Source: Blasia pusilla | Lineage: Eukaryota | Reading direction: 5' to 3' | DNA: 64,000 bases | Assembly: GCA_050084515.1 (NCBI GenBank) | Contig: CM114271.1 | Coordinates: 18,352,001-18,416,000 of the forward strand | Shown here: positions 1 through 13,489 of the stretch, one piece after another | Numbering within the stretch: position 1 is the stretch's first letter | How the letters are laid out: each line of letters begins with the position of its first letter | Made by a program: the position numbers and the translations under genes | The notes under the pieces: generated by a model | Seen by the model: only the letters and a program-made list of their open reading frames with translations | What the model was told of the DNA's origin: nothing | Databases searched by the model: none

Positions 1-3000
1 GATCTGCTCATCAACAGAGGATACAGAGCGTATACTCTCCACCATGGCAGAGGTTAGGATGGAAAGTGCTTCCTTGGCTGTAGGGCGAGTGGTAGGGCTC
101 GGATCAGTGCACGAATAAAAGAGCCTCACCAAAACGTTCAGCACCTTGGCCTCATCACTGTCATCCGCTGCTGAATCCTTGCCACCTGATGAAGATGAAG
201 GTGATAGTCTAAATTTGTCTATTTGTGAAGGAAGTAAGGGCCGTTGTCCCATCTGCAGAGTTCCCTTCACATTTGTCAGCATTTGCAGATAGAAAACACT
301 CTGTTAGCTGATCCAACCAGAATATACTTCACTCCCAGAAGAAAGCTGCACAAATCAAGACACGTAAACAGGACTTACTGGCAATGAGGAATCAACAAGG
401 AGTAAAATAAGTGATTCTCATAAAATCACTACGATTGTGATTTTTTAGTGTCAAACCTGAATATGTGAATGAACCTCGGCCTCTGACAGACCAGCATATG
501 GGACTTGGAGAGTAAGCAATTCAGCCAGTAGGCAACCAAATGACCATAAATCAGCTTCCTGCAACAATGAAGGATCATCAATTACGTTTTTTCTAACACC
601 AACACTCTACCAACACCAACTTGTCTGATGGAATCAATTTTTGTTCATTGATGCACTACTGACTGCAACCTTTTTTCAATATTCAATACCCAAAGTTCGT
701 GTATGTATACAAAAGCAAAGCCCTGGGCCTCCTGAAGGGATTTCTAAACCAGTCTGGTGGCGATATAAAAAATGAGTTCCTTCACTCACTTCCACCAGAA
801 GCAAAATCCACAAACAGTTGGGAGTAACCTCAACTGCAAGTGCAAAGTTCAATTTAAGAAGTACCCATTCTAGAAACTTTCATCCACATATCACAGGTCA
901 CTGACTAGCACGAGTTACATGAAAGGGAGCACAATGGAAAAAAACTGAATCATTTACCAGGCCATATGTATGACGACCGTACATCGCCCTCAGCACCTCA
1001 GGAGCAATCCAGCGTGGAGTACCCACACATACATCAGCAGGGGGCACTCCTCGATGAGCCAAGTAGCAGGTGTGAGCAGAAGAGGACTGAAGGGGAACCG
1101 CACTGTCAAAGTCACAAAGCTTTACAACTGGTCCTGGAAAATCAGGTTCATGGTTTGATTCCAAATCAATCAGCACATTGCTGCTTTTGATGTCACGATG
1201 GATGATACCCTTGGAATGCAGCAAAGAGAGTGCACAAGCAATGTTTCTTGCAACATGCAATGCCAATTTGTGAGGTGTATGTGTTTGGCCCTTTCTAGCC
1301 AGTCCCTGCAGAATTCCCTGTTTCCACATGAAATGCAACATTCGCATAAGCTAATGATACACATTCACAAAAAATTTACTGTATTAGAAAGTATAAGTAG
1401 CACCAAAATGCCGTAAACCTACTGTTATACTTCATCTCCAAGCCAACAGACAAGAACACCTACCACAGCAAGACACTGATGAAAGAACACAACACTGCTG
1501 AAGGTATACGCCACTCATTTTAAGCTCATGTTGAGGGTCTAATAACATGGTTTCCAGAAATCTCATTTCTTCATAATGAAGCTCCCATTTGCAAAGTGAA
1601 AGGCACCAAGCAGAGGACAAAGCTTCCACCCACATGACTAAAGTTGATAATTCATGACCACCAGAATAAAAACGTAATCAGACCAAATCCTCTGGCGTCA
1701 GTACACCCCGGAGTGTTTCCATAGGAGTGAATGTACTACCAAACTTCACTGAGCTTGAAAGAAGACATTACCTCCAAGGAACCACCTTTAACGTACTCCA
1801 TGAAGATCATTAGTTGGGGAGGTTGGGGTGTTGCCTCAGCTGGATCAGACGAGGATGTAAAACCCGAGGAAAATTGGTGTCCATAAAAGGTAACTATACA
1901 AGGGTGGGGTTGAAGGCTGCATAGCATGCGAAGTTCGCTTAGACAGCTGCTCTCTAAACCCTTTCCTGTACTACACGGTCCTTCTGCTACGGGTTCAATT
2001 TGCCTCACCTGCAAGATCAACATCCAAACAGGTCCAATTTTCATGCTATCTATGTTCCCCACGCATGATCTGCTGGGACCATTAAGTGAGATTTATATTT
2101 TATTAGATTTTGTACTATTCTCTACATTTTCTAAAAAGATGTTTAAAAATCTCTGAGAAAACTTTGAAATCCTTGTGACAACAAATTGATCAGACAAACA
2201 GTCTTTGAGAGTTCCAACAATTGTGTTTGAAATAGTTGGAAAAGCATCAACAATTCAGTCAGTCAGATGCCAACTGAGAACATAAGACATCCAAAATTGA
2301 CCACTTCCACAAAAGCAGACACAACTGAAACGAGACAGAAGACATCCAATCCAGCATACCTTGGCTGCAGCTTTAAAATTACCAAAGGTGCACAGCCGAA
2401 CGATGGCCCCAGATGCACCATGGCCAATGTCTTCATGTAAAATTGGCATAATGTTATCATCACTCCCAAGGGATGTCTCTGAGGCACCCAATGGAAGATG
2501 AACCCGTCTCAAAGGGATATACCTACATAGACAGAACGTGAAAGAATAATCCGTTTAACATACTCACACCTGTAGAACTCTGTGACTTTAAACAAACCAA
2601 AGACCTCTAGACATGTAAACCAGAATATACTATCGTCGGCAGCTAATGAGATGAAGAAACTACTATTCAACTTACTTTCAGAAGAGTGGAGACAGTGGTA
2701 CCATCAGATATATCTTCTCTAAGGATTCCCAGGAGCAATAAGGAAGTCGAACTCTTTACAACCACTTCACGACCATGTGTATGAAGTACTGAAAACAAAA
2801 GCTAAACAGGTAGAATTAATAATAAGATAAGGTCCTACCCATATGCTCCAAACGGTTAGCAAAACTCATCAAGTATGCAAGCTAGACTAACACAAGATGT
2901 TTATCATCCCGTAACAACTAGATGACCTCATGGCATTGCAACGTAACTAGACTTGAACATCGATGTACAGTTGAAACCTCAGGTAGCTGATCAATACCTG

Positions 3001-6000
3001 CAAAAGTACTCTGGATCTCTCTCTGGTCGGATGTCAAGAGGACGGCACGCATCAACAAGCATTCGCGTGCTGCCACTTGAATTCTCAACAAGTGTCACAT
3101 TCCAGGCATGTGGCATGTAGTCGAGATAACCACGAACCAGTTCACATGGTATAGGAGGCTCTGCCCTATCACACAAGTACTGTTCAAAGCAATATTAACA
3201 TAGCTGATTGTTGAACATTAGACATACATGATATGACTTCCTAGGAACTGAAAACCACGTCTGATATCATTTCATTTCAACCAAAAACCAGATACACAAA
3301 CATTTACATACCTTGAACAGAATTGCTCGATGCCTACAGACACCATACGTCAAAGATCCAATGGGAAGTATATTGGATCCTCTATGTGACTTCAAAAATC
3401 GCACAGCACCTTCACAAAGCATGTGCACACTTGGCAGAACAGCCCCTGAATTCAGCTTCTCTGACAACTTCCCAGTTGAGTTTCCACTGCCACTAGAACT
3501 ACATGAGCAAACAAAGGGCATCCCAGCAGTACCGCCAACAGCAGCACGGCGCATGTTTGAGATATTCTGTGTCTTATCACTTCCTCCAAAGCAATCAGAA
3601 ACAAATAGAGCCAGCATAGCTATTCTTTGATAAACGTTTATCTCCCGTTCTCCATCAAGCCCTGCTAGAAGTTGCTGAGCTGAGAGAGCCATAACATCTA
3701 ACTCTTCATCCTTCTCCCTGGGGACAAGACATCCTTCAATGAGTTCACATTCCACCCCAGAAAATAAATATTCAAACTCCAATAATCCACAAGTACAACC
3801 AGGTCAGCTTTCAGCAGATAGATGACATTTACGGAATATCCCAAGATGTCTTACTTTCCCAATCAAAGTGTCAAACTATGAATGGAGTTGAATTCCAGTT
3901 ACCTGTCCACAAGAATGACCTCTCGTGAATCAAAGCAGGGTTGCTCCCTTTCCAGCACCTCCAAAGGAAGAAATGGTCTATCACGGCCCGCATCATAGAA
4001 TCCATCATGGAGTCGATCATCAAATCCACAGAATGATTCCATGCAATACTTGTACGAGACCCTTGAGAATTCTTGCACCGACCTCCTTCTTTTACAAGGT
4101 TTTGGATTCCTATCAATGTCACCATCTTGTCGCCTACCTACTTTGACACCAGCAACAGTTGCAACTGTGCTCAAGTCCTCACTCAGCACCTCTTTCGTGA
4201 CATCCTCCTGGAACTCCACGAGACTTAATTCCTGTTCCTCCTCCTTGGATCTATCCCCAATTATGGCTTTCCTACAAAAATTCTTCTCATTACCACGTCT
4301 TCCGTTGGGTTCACGTCGTAACCTAGCTATAGTGATTGAGGATGCATGTTCTTCTTGGCAGTTTTTGAAACTCTCCTCCGTTTTTTTGGCGCTTTCACCA
4401 TCTTGATGAACTTCCTCATTGAAGCAAACCTCCTTACTTGATTGGATGGCATCTCCAATCTGGTGAACACCTGCAACACTTTTGACACCATTCCCTCTGT
4501 TCACTTCAGGCACAGAGAATAGTTGTTGAGCCTCCATCTTTTGACCAGCTTCTGAGGAAGCATTCTCATGATGTATCTCCTCTGAATATCCATCTTTCCG
4601 AATTATCTCAAACGCCTGTACTGTGTCAGAATTGACATTTGATGAGATTACCTCACTTAAGTCTCCATAATCTTCTGACCGGTGTTTCCGACTACTATTT
4701 AGTCTATCTTGCCGCGCTTTCTGTTGCTGGTTGTCCTGCTTCTTCCAGCCTCGCCTGCCTCTCAAAATTGTTTGACCTTTAGATGTGGGTGAATTGCCTT
4801 TGCCAGCAAGGGACACTGGTGAAGAGGGATTGGTACAACCTATCACATCCAACCAACCACAAATTATGATCCCTTCATAGCATTAGAACTATACAATACT
4901 AGATGAACAGACAGAGATATGAAAACTCACCTTCAGGACTATCATCAAGATGTTCCTCCGATGATGAAATCTCCCAGTCGATAAGATAATCATCTCTTTC
5001 AGGAACCTTCAGTATTTTGCACTCATTCTCACTTGCGTTCAGCCTGTCATTGCCTTCTAGTTTGATATTGATCCACTTTGGAATATCACCAGTGTTCTGC
5101 AGCTTATTGAACTGAAGTACACCAACCAAAAGGAAAGTAAGATCTCCTCTCAAAGCCATAAGTGGCATAATTCATTAGTTGTCTAAAAGAAGCCATGCAC
5201 TCATCGCTTCCAAGAATTTATTGAATCTCAGATGCCACGTGGCGTATGATACCTGGACATTGAGAGCTCTCAGTGATGTCATAGAAACAAGTTCAAGGGA
5301 GCTCAAAGATGTGAGTCTGTTGTGAGCCACGTCAATACATGTCAAGCTTGGAAGGTTTGTCAACTCTGAAGGAAGTTCAACCAGTTTGTTGCTCGCAACT
5401 CTGAGGGTCTTCAGGGCTTTGAGACCCACAAGCTCTTTCGGTAGAACCTTTAACTTGTTGAAGGAAAGATCCAGCTCCTCCAAATTCTTCAATGAGCCAA
5501 TCTCAGCTGGAACCCATCTGTAAAGAATTGACAGCATAACCAAGATTCAAACATCCAAAATCTTTCCAACTCTGATATGGCTCTTACCCAGTCAATATAG
5601 TAGGCCTGCGGCAACTACAGTCTACACCTACCAATTCAAAAGCAAGAGTTTGGTGCACAAGGGTTTGAAGAGGTGATCATACACATTTACTACATCCGAA
5701 ATAGGTCAGTTAGGTAGGCTCTCATGAGTGCCATCCACTTAGCCTGACCTAGAAGACTCACATACTCTTAGCAGCAACAGAATGTTTTTTTTTCTCCTTC
5801 ATTCCATTCTTTTTTCTTGAATTAAGAGCTACGAGGCCCAGAAGGGAGTTTTAGCATCATGATTTTGATAAAGTAACAAACGGAAGAGACCCATTCCATC
5901 AGATAGATACATGCCGTCTATTGAATTATTTTTTGAAGAAACTTCCTTCAATCCGTGGGCATAACCTTGACACAGACCTAAAAAGCAAACCACGATCCAC

Positions 6001-7115
6001 GAAAACTAGTATGACAGGTGGACCAGCCAGTCCTAAATGCTTGACAAGTATCTTCCTTGGTTATCCGATAGTCTCAGACCATGTGCCCATCGGCGGTCAC
6101 AACTATCAGCCTAGGAACATACGGGAGGAACTACTTATCTGTTCCAATAAGGAATGCTAAGATTATTTCTAGGCGTTCTGCATAATGAGCATGACATATA
6201 GGAGGCTTGGCTTCTATGAGATTTGAAGTTGTGACAGACACAAGGAGAACCCCCGAGACATTCATTTTACCAAGACAATAAGACCAGGGAGTGATTTCTC
6301 ACGCCAATGCCCTAGAAGTCTCCAATGCCGAACAAGCATGCGAGATACGACCGATAGAAAACAGCAATTATTTTTCAGAGCAAGAACATTAAAATTTAGA
6401 CGTGTGATGGAGAATGTGTTGGTTTCTTAAACACTTACGAGATGGAGAAATGACAAACAGAAAGGCGCGTGAGAGAATGAAGTTGTGCAATCTCACGGGA
6501 GAGAGAGGAAGCAGACGGACGAGCTGGCACTTGATGAAGCTCCAGCGCCCTTAAAGACCTAAGGTTTCCCAGAGGAGGTAAACTTCCCAGTCCCGTAGGA
6601 CAAATCTTCAAATACAAATGCTCGAGATGCGTCAGGTCTCCCAACTCTTGTGGAAGTGTCCTGACTTCATTGGAGAAAAATTTTAACTTTCGAAGATTTT
6701 TAAAATTCCGAATAGAGGGTGGTAGCACCGTGAAGGTGTTATCAAACACGAACATATTCTTGACTCGTGAAGCGGTATCCTGGTTAGCGTGTGTGAGAGA
6801 CGAAAGCGTGCAGCCACTGGGAGAGACATCAATGACGTCTTCTTCCTCGGATCGTTCGGGTGCCCTCAAATCTGCTCGGGCTCTATCCGCATCCCCAGAA
6901 ATTGAATCTTCCTCTTCTTGTGTCGTTGCGTCGACAGCTTCTGTCAACTTGCTCTCGAGACATTTTCGAGGGTCCATGATGAAACCGTTTTTCTTGGTAT
7001 CTTCCCCGGACCCTTGCTGGATTTCGATTTCTGCACCGGGCGTTCGCTCTGATCCAGGGTGGTGCATACCCTGTAAGCCTTCTCGATCAATTCTTAAACC
7101 AACCATACTTCGCAT
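1..7115 (-). CDS. LRR + EDR1-like domain + Raf-type Ser/Thr protein kinase (At1g04210-like); 3' end runs off the window
   Basis: Exons with GT-AG boundaries and consistent phases: 7115-6439, 5517-5253, 5111-4931, 4839-3903, 3717-3312, 3179-2998, 2522-2360, 2008-1772, 1317-958, 558-457, 252-<1. LRRs ([15 protein letters not shown]), EDR1-like motifs ([24 protein letters not shown]) and kinase motifs ([34 protein letters not shown]) are present. No stop codon before base 1. Confidence 0.92.
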
Positions 7116-8992
7116 TCAAAAGCGATTCGAATACCAGTAATCGGCGATACGCGCAGCGCCGGGAAAGCCGGCGATGAGCTCAGCAGGATAACCAATAATC
7201 CTCGAACGTGCCTTTCTTCGGTATCCTTGCTCCTGCAACATTTTTCTTCCATGCCATGATCGAGAAGGGAAGGGATGCGGGGGCCATATTCTCCACAGAG
7301 CTTTGAGGGGGGCCGAGACTGCCTGGTATGAGACCGTAAACGGCAACTGACAGAGTGATACACTTATCAGAACCGAGTCTTGCTGATTAGGAGTAACCTC
7401 ACTCGCAAAGACGCCTTTCCTTTGGTTGTCAAGCACGTCACGTGATCCACCAACGAAGACAGAGGAATGAAACTGTGATTTCCTTCGTCAGAATCGTCCA
7501 CCGCGACCATAAGTTCCCGCCATTAATCAAAACGCATGGCATTATTCAGTCTCAGTGAGAGTTGTTCTAAGGCGAGGCAGGATAAGTAACTTGCTCGAGG
7601 TTAGGACAGGTCTTCAGACACTTCAGACACTTTAGGACAGGTCCTCTTCCTCCTCCTCCTCCTCCTCCTCTCCAAAGAACTGCAGACCAACACTCGTTCT
7701 CATCGGCTACAGCATCCGACCAGTTCTAACCCGAATTGCGAAGGGTTTTGATGTTCTTTCCCTGGTAAACAAATCATACCAGACGCTCGGATTCAGCGCG
7801 TACCCCACCCACGTCTGTATCCATCTGCTTCATGTCCCGGGTCTTCCCTCGAAGCCGCACATCAGCTACGCTTCCGTCGCCGCGGACAACACCACGCGCT
7901 GCGCGTTATCAACGAAGTAGGCCCTCCGTACTCCATTTTCGCTTGTGTCTGTCTCAAATTCCTTTCCTAGTAGCTTTCCTTCGCAGGAGCCGCAGGACGA
8001 CTGCAACGCAGCAGCAGCAGCAGCAGCAGCGCCTGCATGCACTGCCCGGCTTCGCTCGTCACCTCTAACGTAACGGAGCCCTCCCTCATCTGTCCACCTC
8101 CGACCGCCAGATCTTTTTTATTCGACGGATAAACAGCGACGACGGAGCCTCCCTAAACTCCTCGAAGACCCTATTTCTCATCCGTCCAACTCCGACCGCC
8201 AGATCTTTTATCCGACGGATATACAGCGTCGACGGACGGAGCCGTCCGACTAGTTCTCATCCACCGTCGTTGGACTTTCCTGGCCGCCGGGGTTACCCTC
8301 TCGCTGGCTTACTTCAGCTACACACTCCCGGGCCCTCGGACCTTTTCAAAATCAACGGTACTAGTGAAGTAGTGTCAGCGGATTGGCGTCTCGACGTCTT
8401 CTTCGGCCTTCCTGCCCATAACCGCCGGCTCGCAGCGCCCGGCGCGATCATCCCCGACCGCCGATCAGGACGTACAGTCCCGGCTGACGGAGGATATTTG
8501 AACCACGTTTCGTGCATGAAAAAAAATCATACCACCCGTTGTGTACCATCACGCAACGGGAAGACTTGCTATATCAGGGCGTCTCATAATGCGGGACGGA
8601 GGTCCGACGACGTCTTCTTGGTTCTTGACCGTAAAATGTGGACGATTTATCCATTACGTCCATGTATATTTAATTTTGCTAAGTGCCATTTTAAATACAT
8701 CGTGCGAAAACGGACGAGAAAATGGACTCAACGTCCCGCCGTAAGAGGGGGGCGTCCACCTCCTCCGGCACCCCGCATTCAACCGGATGACAATCCATAA
8801 AAAAGGTTATGGATTAGATGTCTATTGCTACAGCCTACAACTTGAGACGACTTATTTTATAACTAGCATGATGGTTGTGCTATGCATGGGTGACTCGTTA
8901 ATTTAGGTTTAACTCTTGTGTTTTATTCATTTAATTTTTGTGTTACATGTGTCATCACCAAAGGAATCCAAAATATACATGTGTCATCATTG

Positions 8993-9020
8993 GAGGATGG
9001 GGTTTGCAAACCCCATCCTC
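8993..9020. repeat. perfect 28-bp palindrome
   Basis: GAGGATGGGGTTTG|CAAACCCCATCCTC is self-complementary. Confidence 0.9.
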
Positions 9021-9819
9021 TTTTAATTATATATAATCTTGTTTTAATTATGTAGATAGGATTACTCTCAAATACGTCTCAAATTATGCCCACTAGTAAG
9101 AATGCCCCTCCGATGCACATCCTCAAAATTAACGATTCAAATTTTAAACTTATCTTAATGAAATTGTAATATCCCACCCATGACCTTCACATGCCCACTA
9201 AGGCGACTTTGGGAACACAAATGCATGTGTTTGGCATCAATTTCAACTTCCAAGCTTGAAGTTTCAACGGAGGCAATTCAAAGTAATCATTGCCAAAATA
9301 GAACGCCATGTGAGCTCGAAAGAGGCTGTCAAATATGGGGAAGTGCACCATAGCCTTTTGTTGACAAAAGGAAATGCAAAGTTTTTTAAAAATGCTACGT
9401 GGAGACAAATACTGTCAACTCTTCACATACAGTTGCCTTCCAGAAAATGGGGATCCCACTCTGAAGAGAGGATAATAAGTCTATCACCACCAAGTAAGAA
9501 TGAACGAACTTTCAACACATTAGTTGGGCACGTAGGCAAACATCAATCCTCCCTGAATCCTCCTCAAGCATTCAATTAGGTTCTTGCATTATCAAGCGGT
9601 CCAAAAAATGAAATTCATGTAATTTGGAAGATGGTGGGGTTAGCTAGATCCTACATGGGACAGATGTCAAGGCATACAACAATTTTGAAGCATTCTAAAA
9701 TTTTCCTTCAACCTTAACCGCCATTGTTGTCAACAACGCTTTGATGCACGCAAGGTTGCAAACTATGCACCAAAGAAATAGCGCAATCATTAAAAAAAAT
9801 TTGCTATATGATCGATACA

Positions 9820-10457
9820 AATCAAAATATTATGCAAAGAATGCATGAGCGTGGGATCAAATCGCTTAAGCAAGGGCAATCATATCGTCATAAACTTAAC
9901 CAGATTTCTACCACATCAACTATCACACAAGCTCGACAAGAATCAACCCATGTAGGGATTCCAAGTATTTTTTGTTTTGTCAAATGTGATAGGTGAATTT
10001 TCTAAATGAATGTTCGAACCTAGTCTACTCATAGTTTCTCCTAACATTGACTCTCTCGAATCAACTCCGACGACATCAAATACACAAGCTTGTTGCTTCC
10101 ATTTAATGTTATAATGATCAAGAGTAGAATTCTTGATCAATCAAAATATTATGCAAAGAATGCATGAGCGTGGGATCAAATCGCTTAAGCAAGGGCAATC
10201 ATATCGTCATAAACTTAACCAGATTTCTACCACATCAACTATCACACAAGCTCGACAAGAATCAACCCATGTAGGGATTCCAAGTATTTTTTGTTTTGTC
10301 AAATGTGATAGGTGAATTTTCTAAATGAATGTTCGAACCTAGTCTACTCATAGTTTCTCCTAACATTGACTCTCTCGAATCAACTCCGACGACATCAAAT
10401 ACACAAGCTTGTTGCTTCCATTTAATGTTATAATGATCAAGAGTAGAATTCTTCATC
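9820..10457. repeat. 319-bp tandem duplication (two apparently identical copies)
   Basis: 9820-10138 is repeated at 10139-10457. The duplicated ORFs 9943..10140 and 10262..10459 are offset by exactly 319 nt. Confidence 0.95.
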
Positions 10458-10929
10458 AAGAGTAGAATTCTTGATTCACTTTGTACATTATATTATTGCC
10501 GGACCTACAACTCAACTCCATGCAAGCAGTAGAGGTCTGCAATAAGGAATTTCAAAACAAAAATTTAATGTGATTTTGCGTACGAAATAACAAGCTGATC
10601 CAAGAAACTATTACCAAATGCACACCAAATTTGTACTTGTTTGCTACATTGGATAAATGTATCAAAGCTACGGCTCCAACCATAACCTCTCAAGTCGGAC
10701 ATTGGACTACATCCTAGTTCAATTCCCCAAACCCACATTGATTCTCACCTCATGTTGGAATCTATCAAGTCAAAGTTTTCAAATTAATTCACTCATGGTC
10801 CTTTTGGAGCTTTCACTTTACTACACAACCCAACAACCGCGACTATCAGACCATGAAGGACATTTTGATTGAAATTGAAATTTTCAATGTTAAGGAGCAA
10901 CTCAATTGAAACTTGTATAGTCAAACTTA

Positions 10930-10983
10930 CAAGCTAGGTCGTAGAACCAGCTTGCTTACAAGCTGGCTCTACGACCTAGCTTG
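10930..10983. repeat. 25-bp-arm inverted repeat, 1 mismatch, 4-nt loop
   Basis: CAAGCTAGGTCGTAGAACCAGCTTG-ctta-CAAGCTGGCTCTACGACCTAGCTTG. Confidence 0.85.
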
Positions 10984-11521
10984 CTTACAAGAGAGTTACA
11001 TTCACAAATACCCTCACAACCAAAGAAGGTTTTATTGAAGACTGAGTTACAGTCAATCTCATCGGACACCCGAACTGCTACATTTGGTACACACACAAAG
11101 TAGGGAAGCTTAATCTTGGTTAGTCACTTAAGCGCGATTATCTTAACTAGGGTTAGTTAATCACATTTAGTCTAACTGAAGACAATGATTAGGATTAGGG
11201 TTAGGGTTTCTTCTACATACTTTATATAATTAAGGAAGGGGGCTAGCCTCCATTCATTCTCTTATTGCAAAATTTTGTTTTCCATGGTGATGTGTGAGTG
11301 TGAGAGTCGTTTCCCATCAATTATGCTTCTTTAGCAATTTTCTACAGATTTGTGTACATTACATAAATTAGATAGTACTTGGATGACTCCACTCAAGATG
11401 CAACTTTTCGTACCAAATTCACTCGGCCGCTTCAATTGTTTACACAGCCTTAAGTTCACACCTTCCAATTCTAATCACCTCAAAGAATAGGAGAAGATGA
11501 ATTAACCCAAAATATGGCTAA

Positions 11522-11669
11522 TCTATATCTATATTATTATTGGAGAGTGCCTTCTGCATTTGCAAATACCTCTTTGCTTGATATGTGGCAACCAGACAAC
11601 AAGAAAAAAAAATTTATATAAACATGAATAATCCTTTCACTCGCGTGCATGGTACAGATTGTCCACTAG
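11522..11669 (+). mobile_element. short non-autonomous Helitron-like element
   Basis: A|TCTATATCTATATT start and CTAG|T end, with only a degenerate subterminal hairpin. Confidence 0.4.
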
Positions 11670-13489
11670 TAATAGTATGCTTGGATGCACATTAGTAAGG
11701 AGGGTGCATTTGACTTGTTAGTCTCAAGCTTCTATAACGCACTTGATTGATATTCAAGGCAATATGTGCTAAAAAAATTGGCATTCTCTAAACATTTAGA
11801 GGGCATTGTTGACATAACAAAGGAATGGGGCCATTGATCATCAACTACGTTGAGTCCATTTTTGGATTAGCATATGATATAGAATTAGGATTGGAGACAA
11901 AATTAGAACCCAAAATATGAGGTCGATGTATTCTTAAAAGACTAGAACTTTGATGATGATGAGGGGTCCACTATGGACATCGAGGCAAACGATGTTGGGG
12001 CTAAGATTACATAATGGGGAAGTAGAGAGAAGGAGGGGGGAGGGGGAGGGGACATGTGGTACCTCAATTCAACCTCTTGGTTAAGTTCATTGGAGTGAAG
12101 GGGAGGAATTACCATTGGGCAAGGATTGAGAAACTGAGGAAGTTGGAAGAGTCTTGTTGACCCTTGTTGATAGTTGGGAGAGAAATTGTAGACAACGAGG
12201 GTTGAGGGACATCTTTTCCTTTCTCAAATGGAGATGTGGGATGTGTGTTGCACTACTAAATTTAAGATATTTTTGCAAGTCCTTAGATCCACAATAAACT
12301 CATAATGTACGTGCAAACAACTCACAAACTTATTAGTACTGCACTTACCAAAAGAGAGTTAATAATCGCAAGTCTCTTGTGTTCATTTTTTCTTACACTC
12401 GTGACATACTCAAAAGTTAAACACAAGGTAATTACAAAGTTTAAAGTATGACAATTATTGGACTTGCACAACTACAAGTGCCAAACTCTGCAAAGCACTC
12501 AAATTTTTTTTAGCAAATAAATTGAAATCAACCATTCCATTCAATAATTTATTTGCAAAACAGAATAAATGCCCAATTTACTTGTTCCCCAAAAATTATA
12601 CATATGTACTAAATATTTACTTGTCTACAAATTGGCAAGTTTGTAGAACTTTTATCTTATCCAATATCATTGACGTGCACCTAATGTGTCGTGTGATCAT
12701 CTAGACGGACCTGCAATTGTGGTAGGTGGGGATTCTTGTACCTCTCTACTCCTTTGTGGGGCCAAAAATTTGTATTGGCTCCCAAAGGCCATAAAGTGTT
12801 TGCACCACCCGATCAACTTCCCAAATTTATGGGTTGGTTACATATGGGCCCAATGGTAGGTGCCACATCCTTGTAACTATGCTCCACACTCTCTTACCAT
12901 GCATGCATGGCTCTTGCTATTGCCATCAAGGTCCACATAAACCTTGACGTTGTCCTCCTCCTTACTCTCAAATATTGAATCACTATGTGTCTCTAATCCT
13001 CCTCCCAAGACTCCTCTATCCAACCTCTAGACCTAAGCAAGAGGATCCACCACTAGCGCAAGGACGGGTATGATGAGTCTTATCCCTATGCCCCTCTCCA
13101 CACCTTGCTTCTTGCTCGAGAGTTGCATGTGATGCTACCACATATGAATAAATTAGTGTTAGTGCTCAAAAGGAAAATAATATGTAACATTCAAACGAAG
13201 AAAGTGGAAGTGAGTTTAGAATGTATCAACTCCAAAAGTACTTCATGATTGGCAAAGACTTCTTTACAAGTCCTTCTACCATGCCATACATCATCCGTAA
13301 GTAAGATGCCAATGAAAATTCCGTAATATGCATACCATTTCAAATCAATCCCAAACCAACGTTAGGTATATTCTAAATGGGAAAATAAATTCCATAAAGG
13401 ATTAAATATACTTAAGGTAAACGAGGGGAGATGATCAAGAGCAAGTATTTTGAGAGCTCAAGGACAAATTGACGTTGTCATCCATTTTG

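Noticed and set aside
1100-1125. Kinase has DFD instead of DFG, suggesting a pseudokinase or novelty
   Set aside because: As I recall, DFD is shared by this plant LRR-Raf family, and the other catalytic motifs are intact.
9180-9800. Possible DNA-transposase remnant on the minus strand
   Set aside because: No diagnostic motif could be confirmed without a search.
11188-11210. TTAGGG-like run suggesting an interstitial telomere
   Set aside because: Only 2-3 units; expected by chance or a telo-box.
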